Positions 1-13,614 of a stretch of 64,000 nt of DNA are shown here, one piece after another. Position 1 is the first letter of the stretch, and the number at the start of each line of letters is the position of its first letter. This DNA comes from Mustelus asterias (Eukaryota), in assembly GCF_964213995.1 (NCBI RefSeq), contig NC_135807.1, positions 73,718,001-73,782,000 of the forward strand. Direction: 5' to 3'. The translations under genes were made by a program, and so were the position numbers. Under the pieces are notes generated by a model. That model did no database searches, was not told the DNA's origin, and saw nothing but the letters and a program-made list of their open reading frames with translations.

Positions 1-236
1 CAGACTGAGGGGTCCCAGAGAGAGCAAAGACCTTTATACCTCTCCCAGGAGGCGGAGCCCGACTGGGATGTACCACAATAACTATAATACAAGGTGTAAC
101 AGCCCAACCCTAACCCCAACAGCAACAAGTAGAACAACCCATCCCTAACCCCAACAGCAACATATATACATACTTGTAGTACTGGCCAGACCCTGGCTCA
201 GTACTATCTAGTGGGAACCAACGATGGTTCACCACA
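1..236 (-). mobile_element. LTR of an LTR retrotransposon (probably Gypsy), truncated by the window start
   Basis: Reverse complement starts TGTGGTGAACC at 236 and aligns with the complete LTR at 63650-63945; has a short internal duplication of CCCTAACCCCAACAGCAACA. Confidence 0.75.
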
Positions 237-1409
237 GTGAGACAGCTTTCAGTCACCTCTATCTATACAGGCTACTGTAGTAATCTTCCCAACAGCAAGC
301 TGGTCCTCGGCTCCCCCTTTCTTTGAAGGATCTCCTCTGGCAAAACCTCCAAAGCTGCTTTACTGATTGGGTCTGTTCCAAAATATCCCTTGGTTACAGT
401 GACCTCAAATGTGCTGTACAACATTGGATGAAGTGTAAAATTAGATAACTGCACACTTCCTCTCCAGAAAATCTTAATTCCTGTTGTTATTATTGTCACA
501 TTTTTGTGTCAACCATTTCCATTATAAATTTGTGTGTCCACATTTAAAATTGCACATTTCTGCCTCACCTGGGAGTGAGCTTGGAGTTGGCTAGGAAAGG
601 AGGCAGCAATGGGAGGATGGAAAGAGTAGGGGGCATGGCATGATTGGGAGTGAGGGCTGGAGAGGATAGAAGTGAGAGATAGAAAAACGTTGATAAAATG
701 CCTCAATTTCCCCAATGAAATCTCCTCCAAATACAACGCCTGATGCCTCCTTTTCCTGCCCCACCACTGCCCACCAAGATTATGAAAGAAGAATAGAAAG
801 GAACAAAAAGCAGGGAATGGAAGACAGAAGCAGAATAGAACCCAAAGAAGGGAGAAAGAACAGTTTGAAGATAACATAGGCAGGTTGGAGAAAGAGGGCA
901 TAAAATTCAGATGTGTAGAGCCTTTTATTGGGCACTACAGGTGGCCTTAGGAGTTCAAACATTTCTAGTGCAGGTCGTACCAAAAGATAAATTGGTGAGG
1001 GCATTAGCACATGCAGTTAGCACTGGTGGAGATAGCAGAACTGACTTCAGTGCTACCATTTTTCAGCCCAATACTCCTGCCTCCTCTTAATGATCTACGA
1101 CAGAACATGAAGCATGAAGGACTCCTCCCCGAAACCCCATCCCCCGCCCACTCCCTCCCACTCCTGCTGTTTAAAGCAATCATTAATTATTTTTAGATTT
1201 TATTGCTAGCTAATTTCTACTGGTTTTTGCTCAAACTGTATGAATCTTTGGTGCTATCTAGATTTCCTTGACGCTGTTCAGTGTGGTGTGGCAGATGCTG
1301 TAGGTGTTGGAACTGATGAAAGGATTTGAAATGTTAATTATATTTCTCTCTGCACTGATATTGCCTGATCTGCTTAACATTTCCAGCTTTTTCTGTTTTT
1401 ATTTCACAC

Positions 1410-1790
1410 ACTGCTCAATTCACACCTTCATTTGCCCACCAAAATTCTCTAACAACCACAACTCATTCCTCACGGTCACCTCACCCTCACACATTTAGTG
1501 CAGTCGCAAGTCTCACTCTCATATTTTAAAGCTTGCACACATAGCCAGCTATTCAACCTTCACAGGCGTGTCAGCCGAATAGATTGCACCACACTCACTG
1601 ACATGCTTCCCTCTCTCTTGCAGGACAATGTGATACACAACTGCAGGCAGCAGTACCTAACTGGCAGGGGCAGGAGTGGCTGCCTGTCCTCAACTCAACA
1701 GAAGAGACTGCGCAGGCCATCACTCTGCCAGCGGTGTGTTTGAAAACATTGAAGGTGACAGTATGTTCATCCTAATCCTCCTAATCTTGG
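1410..1790 (+). mobile_element. Fragment of a decayed Harbinger Myb/SANT accessory gene (intron plus exon 2)
   Basis: Acceptor CTCTCTCTTGCAG then DNVIHNCRQQYLTGRG from 1624, matching DKIIHNSR-TSQTRGG after the acceptor at 42942 on the minus strand. Confidence 0.5.
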
Positions 1791-1794
1791 CAAT

Positions 1795-4075
1795 GTGATC
1801 TGATTTAGTAAGCTTTAAGATGAAGTTAGGCATAGATTTAAGTGTGACGAAACCTGGATTAATAGATTGGAGAAAAGCTGATTTTGAGGGGCTGAGAATA
1901 GAACTTGGAAAAATAAAATGGGCGACATTATTGGCAAACAAAGATGTCGAACACGAATGGGAGACATTTAAAATGGTGTTTTTCAATTTGCTCATGCAGG
2001 CATCACTGGCTAGGCCAACACTTATTGCCCTTCCCTAATTGCCCTTGAGAAGGTAGCGGTGAGCTGCCTTCCTGAACCACTGCATTCCGTGAGTTGTAGA
2101 TACACCCACAGTAATGTTGGAGAGGGAGTCCTAGGATTTTGACCCAGTGGCAGCAAAAGGAATGGCAATATATTTCCAAGTCAGGATGGTGTGTGGCTTG
2201 GAGGGGAAATTGCAGCTGGTGGCATTCCCATTCATCTGCTACCCTTGTCTTTCTAGATGGTAGCTGTTTGGAAGGTGCTGTCAAAGGAGCCTTGGAAAGT
2301 TGTTGCAGTGCATCTTGTAGATGGTACACTGCTGCCACTGATTGGCAGTAGTGGAGGGAGTGCCACTTAAGCAGACGGCTTTGTACTGGATGGTGTGGAA
2401 CTTCTTGAGTGTTTCTGGAGCTGTACTCATCCTGGCAAGGGGAGAGTATTCCATTTCACTCCTGACTTTTACCTCATAAATGTCAACAGGCTTTGAAGAG
2501 TCAGGAGGTGAGTTACTCACTGCAGGATTCCTAGCTTCTGACCAGCTCTTCAAGGGATATCAAACAATATAGCAAAATAGTTTACAGGCATGTCAATAAA
2601 AGAAGAAGGCTGTGATGTGAATTGGACCATTAAGGGGTAGACAGACTAAAATCACAGGTAGTAACAGAGAGATGGCAGAAATATTAAATAATTATTTTGC
2701 TTTGTTACTTACCAGGGAGATAGAATAGGCCAGTATAACATTGAATGATGAGATGAGCAATGGGATCAGCGTATTTAAATTTTAAAAAGGGGATGTAGAT
2801 ACGAACATACAAAATAGGAGCAGAAGTAGGCCTTTCGGCCCCTCAAGCATGCTGGCTGATCTGTGGTTCTAGTTCCACATTCCCAGTTACTCTTGATAAC
2901 CTTTGATTCCCTTTCCTAACAAGAATCTACCTACCTCTTCCTTATAAGTATTTTTGGAGAGAGCGTAGATAATAGTAATATAGTAGATGGAATTTACCTG
3001 GATGTTAAAAAGGCCTTTGCTAAGATGCCCCATAATAGACTAATGAAAAAGTTAGTGAATGGAGTCAAGGGATAAATGGATGAATAGATTGCCAGTTAGC
3101 TTCAAGGCAGAAAGCAGAGAGTGGGAGTAGATGGTAGTTATTTTGAGTGGCTAACTGATGTTTTACAAAGATCAATGCTGGGATCACCGCTATTTTCAAT
3201 TTACATTAATGAATTGGACTTTGAAATCAAAAACACAATATCTAAATTTGTAGATGATACCAGATTGGGAAGATAGTCAATAATGAAGAGAACTGCAACA
3301 AATTATAGGAGAGCATTAATATACTTGCAGAATGGGCAAACAATTGGCAAGTGAAGTATAGCATAGATAAATGTAATATATTTTGGTAGGAAGAATAAGA
3401 AGGTCACTTAATACTTGGAAGGTACAAGTCTAGGTGGGGTAGAAGAAGGGATCTTGGAGTGCAAAAACAGCAATCAAGAAAGACGCTGCCTCAAGTTAAC
3501 AAGGCCATAAAATAACTAATCAAGTGCAAAGTTTTATTTCTGGTGGGAAAAGTAGGGAAGACCAAACCTGTATTGAACTCGCGTATTTCTGGTCACCATA
3601 TTATAAAATGGACATAGAGATACAGGAGAGAATGCAAAAAAGATTTACAATAATGATAGCAGAACTGTGTGAAAGTACGTATCAGGAAAGAATTAACAGG
3701 CTGATTCTCCTTTCTCTTGAAGAAAGAAGCTGTGGGATCTTCCAAAAGAGGATATTTAAAATTATGAGACATTTTGATACAGTGGATACAGAATCAATAC
3801 ATTTTCTTGTGGGGAAGAGAATAACCAGAGGCCATCAATAGAAGGTAGTTCAATAGGATTTCTTTCCCCAAAGCAATGAGGAGAATTTGTAATTCAGTAG
3901 CACAGGAAATGGTGAAAGCAAATAGTACAGATGCATCTAAGGGGAAGTTAGATAACATATAAGGGATAGAGGGCTACAATGAAAGATTTAAATGAGGCAA
4001 GATGGAAGGAGGCTCAGGTGAAACATAAACATTGACATGTACTGCTTGAGCCGAATGGCCTGTTCCTGTATCATG
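1795..4075 (+). mobile_element. Old CR1 LINE (ORF2 remnant through 3' UTR), interrupted by younger inserts at ~2000-2550 and ~2800-2960
   Basis: IDWRKADFEGLR..WETFK, decayed KFVDDT near 3245, FWSPYYKMDI..QKRFT, CR1-type 3' end GCCGAATGGCCTGTTCCTGT. Confidence 0.85.
2000..2552 (-). mobile_element. 3' fragment of CR1/L2-group LINE family B
   Basis: Matches the 3' part of 4330-6015 and other copies (TTATTGCCC.TCCCTAATTGCCCTTGAGAAGG tail; MEYSPLARM). Confidence 0.8.
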
Positions 4076-4329
4076 AGTAATTTTCACATCTTACTTCCCC
4101 TTCATCCCACAATCTCTTCAGATTTATAAGTTCCTATAGTCTAAACATGCACCTATTGATTTTCCCTCTCCCTTCACCACAACCAAAACCTTGTGCCTTT
4201 CTATTTTCAGACACCCAAGAGGTGCAACCAAAGTTCTGCAGGAGCAATAAGTGGAAGTGGAAGTGGAAGAGGGCAAAGAGACTCATGATGACTCGCAGCC
4301 AGACACTGACACCATGTGTAACTTAGGCT

Positions 4330-6015
4330 GAATTCAATGCTGAAGCATTTGCAACAATCTTCAGCCAGAATGGCGAGTAGATGATCCCCCTTGGCTTCCT
4401 TCTGAGGACCCCAGCATCACAGATGTCAGTCTTCAGCCAATTCGATTCACTCCATGTGATATCAAGAAACGGCTGAAGGCACTGGATACTGCAAAGTCTA
4501 TGGGCTCTGACAACATTCTGACAATAATACTGAAGACTTGTGCTCCAGAACTTGTCACACCCCTAGCCAAGCTGTTCCAGTACAGCTACAACACTGGCAT
4601 TTGCCGACAATGTGAAAAATAGCCTATGTCCTGTCACAAAAAGCAGGACAAATTAACCCTGGCCAGTCAAACTCCTGATCATCAGTAAAGTGATGGAAGG
4701 TGTCATCGACTGCGCTATCAAGTGGCACTTGCTTAGCAATAAATTGCTCACTAATGTTCAGTTTGTGTTCTACCAGGGTCACTCAGCTCCTGACCTCATC
4801 ACAGTCTTGGTCCAGATATAGACAAAAGTGCTGAATGCCAGAGATGAGATGAGAGTGACTGTCCTTGACATCAAGGCAGCATTTGACTGAGTAGCATCAA
4901 GCAGTCTGAGCAAAACTGAAATCTCTGGAAATGAGGTGGAAAACTCTCCACTGGCTAGAAACATACCTAACAAAAAAGAAAATGGTTGTGGCTGTTGAAG
5001 GTCAATCTTAGTCCTAGGATTTTTTATTTTTTGCTGCAGAAATTCCTCAGGGTAGTGTCCTAGGCCCAACCATCTTCAGCTGCTTCATCCATCACCTTCC
5101 TTCCATCATAAGATCAGATGTGGGGATGTTTGCTGATGATTCCACAATGTTTAGCACCAATCATGACTTCTTAGATACTGAACCAATCCGTGTCCAAATG
5201 CGACAATACCTGGACAACATTCAGGCTTGTACTGATAAGTAATAACATTTGTGTCACACAAGTGCCAGGCAATGACATCTCCAACAAGAGAAAATCTAAC
5301 CATTTTCCATTAACATTCAATGGAATTTCCATCACTGAATCCCCCACTGTCAACATCCTGGGGGTTACCATTGACAAGAAATTGAACTGGAGCAGGCATG
5401 TAAATTCTGTGGCTATAAGAGCAGGTCAGATGCTGGGAATTCCAGGATTCTGGAATCCTGGAACTCCCTCCCTGGAGCAGTAACTCACCTCCTGATTTCC
5501 CAAATTCTGTCCACCAGCCACAAGGCACAAGTCAGGAATGTGATCGGATACTCTGCACTAGCCTGGAAGAGTGCAGCTCCATTGACACTCAAGAGGTTCC
5601 ACACCAGCCACTTGATTGGTACCCCATCCACCTCCTGAACAATTGCTCTCTCCATCACTGACAGAAAATGACACCAGTGTATACCATCTACAAGATGTAC
5701 TGCAGCAACTCACCAAGGCTCATTTAATAACTCCTTCCGAACCCGCAACCTCTATTACCTAGTCGGAAGCAAATGCATGGATGACCACCACCTACAAGCT
5801 CCCTTCCAAGTTACTCACCATCCTGATTGGAACTCTATCACCTTTCCTTCACTTAGGCTGAGTTAAAACCCTGGAACTCCCTCCCTAACAACTCTGTAGC
5901 GGCACCTAAACCACGTGGACTACAGAAGTTTAAGAAGACAGCTCACCACCACTTCTGCAGGGCATTTAGTGATGGACAACAATTGGCCTAGACTAGACTC
6001 TGTGAGAGAATAAAT
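4330..6015 (+). mobile_element. CR1/L2-group LINE family B, RT-containing remnant
   Basis: PQGS.LGP region near 5045, VGMFADD near 5120-5140, NILGVTIDKKLNW; multiple stops and frameshifts. Confidence 0.85.
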
Positions 6016-7744
6016 TTTTAATAATTTAGTGAACAGCTTAGAGATGGGCTATGCATTTGGAAACACCAGGCATGAGTGGCCAAGAGCTAAGATAGTGGCA
6101 AAGGGTAGCATAGGTACCCACTCTCCAGAGAGTGCAGTCACACACAAATTCTGCAAAAGGCTCAGAGGAGGGCTCCGAAGGACAGCATGCAGTAAGGGAC
6201 TGCTGGGGGTGCACCCAGATCTTGGTGCATTGGCAGGCCATATGAAAGCCTGTGTCGTTGTGAAGGAATTGGGTGCTAAATCTTACAGGGACTTGGCAGA
6301 GCTTGGAGTCCACCTTCTGCAGCGTGCAAGCCATAGGCAACTCAATTACTGCACTTTTAGACCTAGTGTAACGCAGCATCTGATGGCTATATGTCTCAGC
6401 TTCCAATGCAGCATGGGCAAAAGTGTCTGAGTGTTGCAATGGAAACTCAGACTGAAGTTATACATGTACCATGCATGCTTAGACTGCTGCTATTATTGCT
6501 ATGGAGATAGGCATTCAAAGGATCTTACAACCTCTCACAGCAGTCCAACAATCTATCCTCCAGCACGTTGCTAGAATTGCTGAAATACCACTCTGGTGCA
6601 ATGCCAATGGCTACACGGGTGGATGAACCTGCTGTCCTCTCTCAGGATCTCAGGATGTGCTCCCACATTGTCGCTTGGCTTGTGCCCTTGCAGCTGCTTT
6701 TCAGACTGCAGCCGTGTCATACCGACCTGGTGCAGGTTAAAGCCGGGCTGCGGTGAAGCCAGAGCTGTGTAAAGACAGCCATAGTGCAGCCAGTGGGTAG
6801 CACTATGTGGGAGCACTGGTTAGACAAAGGCACATGGAAGTAGTGGTGGACCTGCAACATGGGGAATCTTACCCTGTTAAATCTTTACATGCAACAACCT
6901 TCCTCACACGACAGTGGATAGTGAACTGGGAGATGTTGGAAGGTATTCCTGCTCCAGCCTGGAAAGAGGTTGATGCTAAGGGATCCATCGCCATGGTTAC
7001 CATCACAGTGACTGTCAATGCCATCCTTGCCCTGTTTTGAGACTGCAGGACTATAGGTGATGGATTTCAGTGAGGAAACAGAGACATCACACATACTGTT
7101 TCTCGTTGAGTTTGAGATATGAGAACTGCTCCCTGAAGTGGATATATCCTCCTGCTGGGAGCACTGCCCCTCCTTCTCCTTCTTTATGTAACTTGCCCTC
7201 TGTGTGCGTGCTGCCGCTGCTTATTCTCCCTGTCATACTGCAGGCCAAGGGGCATAGAAACCACTGAACCCATGACTCAAAGCAAATGATCTGAGCAGAC
7301 CTCTTCAAGTCAGAACCAAAGCCTTCACCATATATCTCCCTGTAAACTCAGCAACTTTCAAGGGGCAGTACAAACCACTAAGCACTTTGATTCACTCAGC
7401 AGCAGCTAATGGAAATCAAACAACAACTCAACTGAAAGTAGTTGATGATCAATCCCTTTAAATAACATTTGTTGGAATCCCTTTTTCTTACTGAGTGAAT
7501 GTTTAGCTTGAGAAGGAAGTTAGCTGGACAACTGAGTTTGAAAATGAGAGCATCAAATCAGCTTCAGACCCTGACTGATAGAGAAGTTTATCTACTCTAC
7601 TCACTTTCGATGTATTCTTCCTGCACCTGTATTAATGACCTATCCAAAATTGTGCCAGCGTAGCCTATGTATTGCTAGTGAAAGGTCAGCAGTTTATGGA
7701 TTCTAATTGTACCCCATTTCGGTAATGTGCTTTTTTAGTACTTT

Positions 7745-8050
7745 TTTATTCTTTGATGGGATGTGGGTGTCGCTGACAAGGCAACACCCACATTCCTAAT
7801 TGCCTTTGAACTGAGTGTCTTGCTGGGCCATTTATTGGGCAGTTAAGAGCCAGCCACATGGGTCTGTAGTCATATGTAAGGCTAAACCAGGTAAGGATGG
7901 CAGATTCCCTTGCCTGAAGGCAGTAATGAACCGTTTCTCACGACAATCCAGATTCAATCAAGGTGGGACTTATGCCCATGTCCGTAGAGGATTAGTCTGA
8001 GCCTCTGGATTACTAATCCAATGACATTCCACTATGCCACTATCTCCCCT
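7745..8050 (-). mobile_element. tRNA-head SINE sharing its 3' tail with LINE family B
   Basis: Reverse complement of the GGAAATCTGCCATCCTTACCTGG..AATGTGG core and tail found at 36700-36890 and 44085-44340. Confidence 0.65.
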
Positions 8051-10538
8051 AGTTCACCTTTCATCGAGAGAGAAGGCCCCATGAATAATGTGCTTAAATA
8101 AAAAGTACACATCGTGAGAGTACATTGTTACAGCTCTTGGGGTCATGTTAATACTCAAATTGAGAATGGGCAGAAAAGCTGCAATCTGGATCATGAGGAA
8201 CCTTTGTGGGAGTGATTAGGGGTGCTGAACTTGAAAGATTATTTACTGCAAAACTGAAAAATGTGACAAGGTAATTGTAGAGTCAGGAAACTATCTTCGA
8301 AAATGCTCAACCACAAGTTCACAATGAATCGGTTTTGTGTTTCGCTTGCAGTGCAGTTCGAATGTGACGTCAAGTCCAATGCAATGTCACGTTGAGGTCA
8401 GGGTTTTCCACTTTTACGCTTGCAAACCAGCAATTTTCTGCTCGTTAAAGTGAACAGCAGATTATGGACAACTGAGTACAGAAGCAGAAAATCCTGGCTT
8501 AAAATGTAATTTCTTCAAAGTTTGTTCCCTGAAGTGGCAGTATTTTTGGATATCTTTCACGCGTGTAAATTAAACTATCTTTTGCTGTATTTGCCGTAAA
8601 GTTAAAATCAAGTCAAATGTTGCAGTTTGCTAATTGTGATGAAGAAACACTCACTACACATTGGGTCAGGCAGTTTTTCAGGCATTAGGCCCTTTTCATA
8701 TATTAATGAGGAGCCTAATACCCAAACCAGGCCCAATCTGTGAAATTGGATTCTGATGAATGATTTTGATAACATCAGTAATATGAAGAGAGAATTGGAC
8801 AGGCAATTGGATGTTTTATTTAAATTTTGAAACTTAGCTATGTACTCATACTTAATTTTTCAAAGTTACTTCCAGATTCTTTTCTAAACATATAACCTTA
8901 TGTAATTAAGTCAAAACAATGAGAATGCAAATTGTTGAGCTGCAGCAGAAAAGATCTTTTATTTTATTTTGCACCGATAAATCAATTGGTTCCCTTCAGG
9001 TACAATTGAAAGACTTTTTGGATATTAGTCTGTTATTTGTAATTGAAGGAGAAAATAAACATAAACGTAACCAATATATTCTGTCTACATTTTTAAAAAA
9101 TTGACCCTTATAATCCACGTTGGGTCTGACCATATTTAAGATCTAATTAGATTTTACTTGCAGTTGGAATTAAGGAAACTGGATGCAAATCCTTTTTGTG
9201 TGTCATTTAACATTTTAGACTTACTGTGATAATAAACCTATTGTAACCTTCCAACATTTTAGAATTAATGTTGTGGTAGAAAAGAGGCTGCTTTTCTCCA
9301 CACCCACTTCAGGAGCTCATCTAGATTACAAGGTTTTTTTAAAATCTTAATCCTCCTCCAGGCAATGTTTGGAGCTAAAACAGATAACACAAATCTGTCT
9401 GACACTCCACAATGACCGCATCTCATTTCTTAAAGGAGGTGAGTTAATTTCTACATTTTAGTGACTGATGTTTTTCAGATTAGGTTCCGTTCGATTTGCC
9501 ACAGCCCGCAGGGGCTTTGCTTACCTTTCTACATCTGTTCCTGGCAAGGAGGAAGTTTGGGGTTTTCGTAGTTTGTTTTTTCAATATTCTCGTGACGAGG
9601 TTCGTTTAATCTGATTTCTGCAGCAGGTCATGTAGCACAAAGCTATAACGCAATTGAAAATAGGTACGGAATTCTGTAAATTGCAAATAAAGCAAATGAA
9701 AAAGCAACTTCTAGAGTGTTAAGAAATATGGCTCACACACTTCATTGCTGCATTTATCACAATCCCATAGGTAAGCCATCAGTGGAAAAGAGCTCCAGCA
9801 CGTATCCACTGGAAATGAGGGAAAAACTCCCTGGAAAAGAGGAGAAAGTCACTCAGGTATTCTTTCTTCATTTATTTTGACCCACTTCTGTCTTCTTTGT
9901 TGCTTATTTATTCTCCTACATCTTTTTATCTAATTTTCTTGGGTTAATTCATAAAAAGGTAAACTGTACACCAAAATTTAAAGTAGGAATTAAATTGGAT
10001 ATAGTTCAGCATTAACTTGCGTGTCTTTATGTACATCTGGGGGTGAGGGATGGTGGCCAATGCAGACACAGTTGGATTAGTGCCCACCTGATTAGTTGTA
10101 GAGGATGTTCTGGCCCAATTGTGCGGGGTAGGGGGTGGATTTCAGTGGAGTTTTTGGAGTTGACTGTCATAATTTTGGGGAAAAGTCATTGAAACTCAAT
10201 TTATATGTAAAAACTGGGTTTTTGTTAAAGTTACAGCAGTCAATTAAGAGACCTCCAGTGAATAATCTTTGCAAACTCCTGCGTTTGGCCTGTTCATAGG
10301 TTGCTTAGGCCAATGCAAGAGCTGGCACAATGAATTTAGATGCAGATGGCAGCAATGGAATTCCTGTTTGATGGTTGGCAGAGTGGAGTTACTGATAAAT
10401 ATGATGGATGCAGAGATAATCACCAGAATTCTACCTCCTTGCCCGCCACGGGATTGGAGTGGGCGAGGGTCGCACAATGGAAATGTCCGTTGACCTCAGG
10501 CAGTCTCGCTTAAGTGAGGCCATAAAATTCCACCCAAT

Positions 10539-11799
10539 GGGTGGATTCTCCAAAGAAATTCTAAGTGCTGAATTTGTGTAAAAACGAGTAAATCCCACTG
10601 GTTTTTTTCAGCGGGATTTTCAAAATGAATCTCTCACACTCTGTGCATCAGGGAGTGCCCTAGCGTGAGTCATGCTAAAAATCAGTGGGCTGGGGCCTAT
10701 TCCCTCTGGAGAAGCCGGCAACATAGTGCTGAGCGGGCCACTGTGCATACACCAATCTGTCAGAGCGGAGATCGCACATGCGCAGTAGCCCCGCAGTGCC
10801 GGCCTCCCGATCACTGGCCAGCTGAGCGATCACTGGCCATCCCTATGACCATGCATCATTGCCCCTCCGACCCCCTGCCCCCATGCCCTGACCACCCCCC
10901 CCCCCGCCTCCCCCCCCCCCCCCCAACTCCCCCCAGCACACCTCGATTCCCCCATCCCAGGCAGTCCCGATTTCCTGGATTCCCCCCCCCCCAGTCCACC
11001 TCAATTTCCCCTCCCCTCCCTCGGCAGTCCCGATTTACCCCCCCGTCCTCCGATGGCCAGCCCTGATCACTGTCCTCCCTCCTTCTGCCCACAATCCCAA
11101 ATGCAGAATGGCAGTGGTACCTCCCACCCCCACCAATCTCCCCCACCAGACACCCTGCCGCCCTCTGGCCCCATCCCCTTGGTACGGCCTGATGACTGGT
11201 GGGCAGTGCCAAGATGCCCCCTGGGAACTGCCACTTTGCCCCTTGGGCAGTGCCAGGAGACCAGGCTGGCACTGCCGAATTGGCAATGCCTGGCGAACCC
11301 CCCCCCCTTACTCCTGACCTCCTGTGGGGCCTCCATGGCCCGCTAGTGGGGAGCTGTTGTAAACCTCACTGGAGTAAGATTTCAGTCCCGGGCCTGCCAA
11401 TGAGATGTAAATCTCAATTTAAATAACTTATGCAGCTCTGTGCAATTTCTGGCGCAGAGATGGCAACGTTGGAAATCCAGCAGCCGGAGGCGAGCAGAGA
11501 ACAAAGAACAATACAGCACAGGAACAGGCCCTTCGGCCCTCCAAGCCCGCACCGCTCCTCGGTCCAGGATTGAATCCTGAATCCAGGATCCCCGCCCAAT
11601 TTTCCAGCCTATCTACATACCAATATCCTATCCACCGAGCTGTCCCTCACAGCTACGATGCTTTGTTCATTACAACCTATTAACTCACCCCCACCCCCCC
11701 ATTCCAGACCATGTGATCTCCAGGGAGAGGTCGTGCCGAACAGCGGGAACCCCGCTGGACACCCTCCGCTGATGTCTCCCAGCTGGGAGAATTACTCCC
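10539..11799. mobile_element. Harbinger-type MITE with C-rich interior, carrying a CR1-tailed insert at ~11497-11730
   Basis: Imperfect terminal inverted repeats GGGTGGATTCTCC / GGAGAATTACTCCC; interior (TGCCA/TGGCA motifs, C runs) shared with 19385-20074 and 29862-30799. Confidence 0.65.
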
Positions 11800-11822
11800 A
11801 ATTACTCTATTTGTCTTACTCT

Positions 11823-11962
11823 ATAAGACTTACCTGGATAGTCACATGAGCAGCCTGGGAATGGAGGGATACAAACGATTGGTCTAGTTGGACCAAGGAG
11901 CGGCACAGGCTTGGAGGGCCGAAGGGCCTGTTTCCTGTGCTGTACTGTTCTTTGTTCTTTGT
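11823..11962 (+). mobile_element. CR1 LINE 3' end
   Basis: GGAGGGCCGAAGGGCCTGTTTCCTGTGCTGTACTGTTC followed by a (TTTGTTC)n tail. Confidence 0.85.
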
Positions 11963-12940
11963 TGTCATTAAAGTGCATTCTCCCCAGATACCGCCAGAGC
12001 AGGGTACCTAGCAGAAAATGGTGACCCGGTTCAATGCAAGATCTGGCAATAGACATGGAAGAAACTGACAATTTTTAAAATGCTCCATTTTAAAAATGCA
12101 TATCTTTGCTATGTATACTATGAAGTGTTGCTGGGCTAAGTTTTTCACATTTACTTATAATTCAAGCCAAGCCCTCAAACAACTTTATCACTGTTGACAG
12201 TGCATATCTTTATCAGTATTATCCAATAGGATTTCAATGACAAACTTGTTGCAATCAGGTCACCATATTCTCCACACAATACAAAATGTATGCAATAATA
12301 ATAGAACAAAAAGCACTTTTAAAAAAAAATACTGTTTGAGATTTTGCAGCACCATCATTCAAGACAGCTGCATTCACTATCAGAGCCAGAAGAACTGCTT
12401 CAAAAGGGTTTTGTAATCTGCAAAACAAGCCAGATGTTCCCATTCTCAAAGGGTGGTGACAATCTCTTAACTGAAGTGCTCTGTCTCTGTTAGTATGTTC
12501 CAGTTTATTTCAAAATATTTATTATTTTCAGAAAAACAAATTTCTTCAAAAGTAAATTGTCTTTGTTTTATCAGAATTGATATATTACCGAACTTGGGAA
12601 GGTTAAAGAATCAACAGATCTCTAGCTTTGGCTAATGGTCAACACCTTACACCTATAGTGCCCTATTCCTTTCAGTCGCCCATCTGTTAAGATGAAGGTT
12701 GGGCACATCTGGATGCTGCTGTACCACTCACAACTTGCCAAAATTGCACATTTCAACCCTCATTGGCAGCAATGCAGCACTGCTCATGCATCTCAACTGT
12801 TTTGCAAAAACCAACAACTACCGGCTCAAGAAAACAAAGTTCTTCAGTTAGAATCCCCTGTCTCACCAGATTCCCAAGAACATTTTGAGATCCATTTATC
12901 TGCTGTTGTTGTGAAGGCCAACCCTGTTTTCACAATACTT

Positions 12941-13060
12941 GATGTGGAGATGCCGGCATTGGACTGGGGTAAACACAGTAAGAAGTCCGAAAGCTTATGG
13001 TATTTGCTACCAAATAAACCTGTTGGACTTTAACCTGGTGTTGTGAGACTTCTTACTGTG
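12941..13060. mobile_element. Minimal Penelope-like insertion with short inverted ends
   Basis: Same GATGTGGAGATGCCGG start as 25555 and 39230; inverted CACAGTAAGAAGTC/GACTTCTTACTGTG; 12-bp TSD TTCACAATACTT at 12929-12940 and 13061-13072. Confidence 0.85.
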
Positions 13061-13477
13061 TTCACAATACTTCACAGAGCAGTCTCACAGCTCTAAATAT
13101 ATTGTCATTGAAGAGGTACTCAGAAATGTCAGGAACAGAGATGGTAACAAATGGCTGACTATTCTTCTTGTTTCATTGAGTAAGTGGTCCTTCAGGTTCC
13201 AGGTCACTACACACCTGACAACTGAACAATAATCTAATAAACATTGTCATTGATCGATGTGTGACTCCTGCCTAACAGAGATGTGTTTGATTTTCCTTGC
13301 TCCAATAGAGATTGATACCCATGCTCATACCCACAGCCTCAACTTCAACACAACTCAGTACTCTGTGTGTCTTCAAAAATGACCAATATCAATCTGCCAT
13401 GTGCCTGTGACTAATTCACCATATGTGGCAAGTGGTGATCGTATTGAATACTGACCTATTCAGCGCACTTTACAGTT

Positions 13478-13610
13478 GTCAGGTGGATGTAATAGATCTC
13501 AATGCATAGGAGTTCCACCCAGTGTCCTGACTAATACTTATCCCTCAACCAACATCACTATAACAGATTGTTTGGCCATTGTCACATTGCTGGGAGAAAA
13601 TTAGCTAATT
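13478..13610 (+). mobile_element. Deu-domain SINE fragment (SacSINE1-like)
   Basis: CAGGTGGATGTAATAGATC..GTGTCCTG..TTATCCCTCAACCAACATCAC. Confidence 0.6.
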
Positions 13611-13614
13611 CTTC

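Noticed and set aside
100-165. CCCTAACCC telomere-like motifs
   Set aside because: Only single units inside an LTR; no tandem (TTAGGG)n array.
6029-6439. Overlapping 133-aa ORFs on both strands
   Set aside because: No domain motifs; probably decayed transposon interior.
10620-11426. Cluster of Pro/Gly-rich overlapping ORFs (also ~19640-20045, ~29890-30620, ~41745-42106)
   Set aside because: GC-rich MITE interiors and G/C homopolymers are poor in stop codons; no protein motifs.
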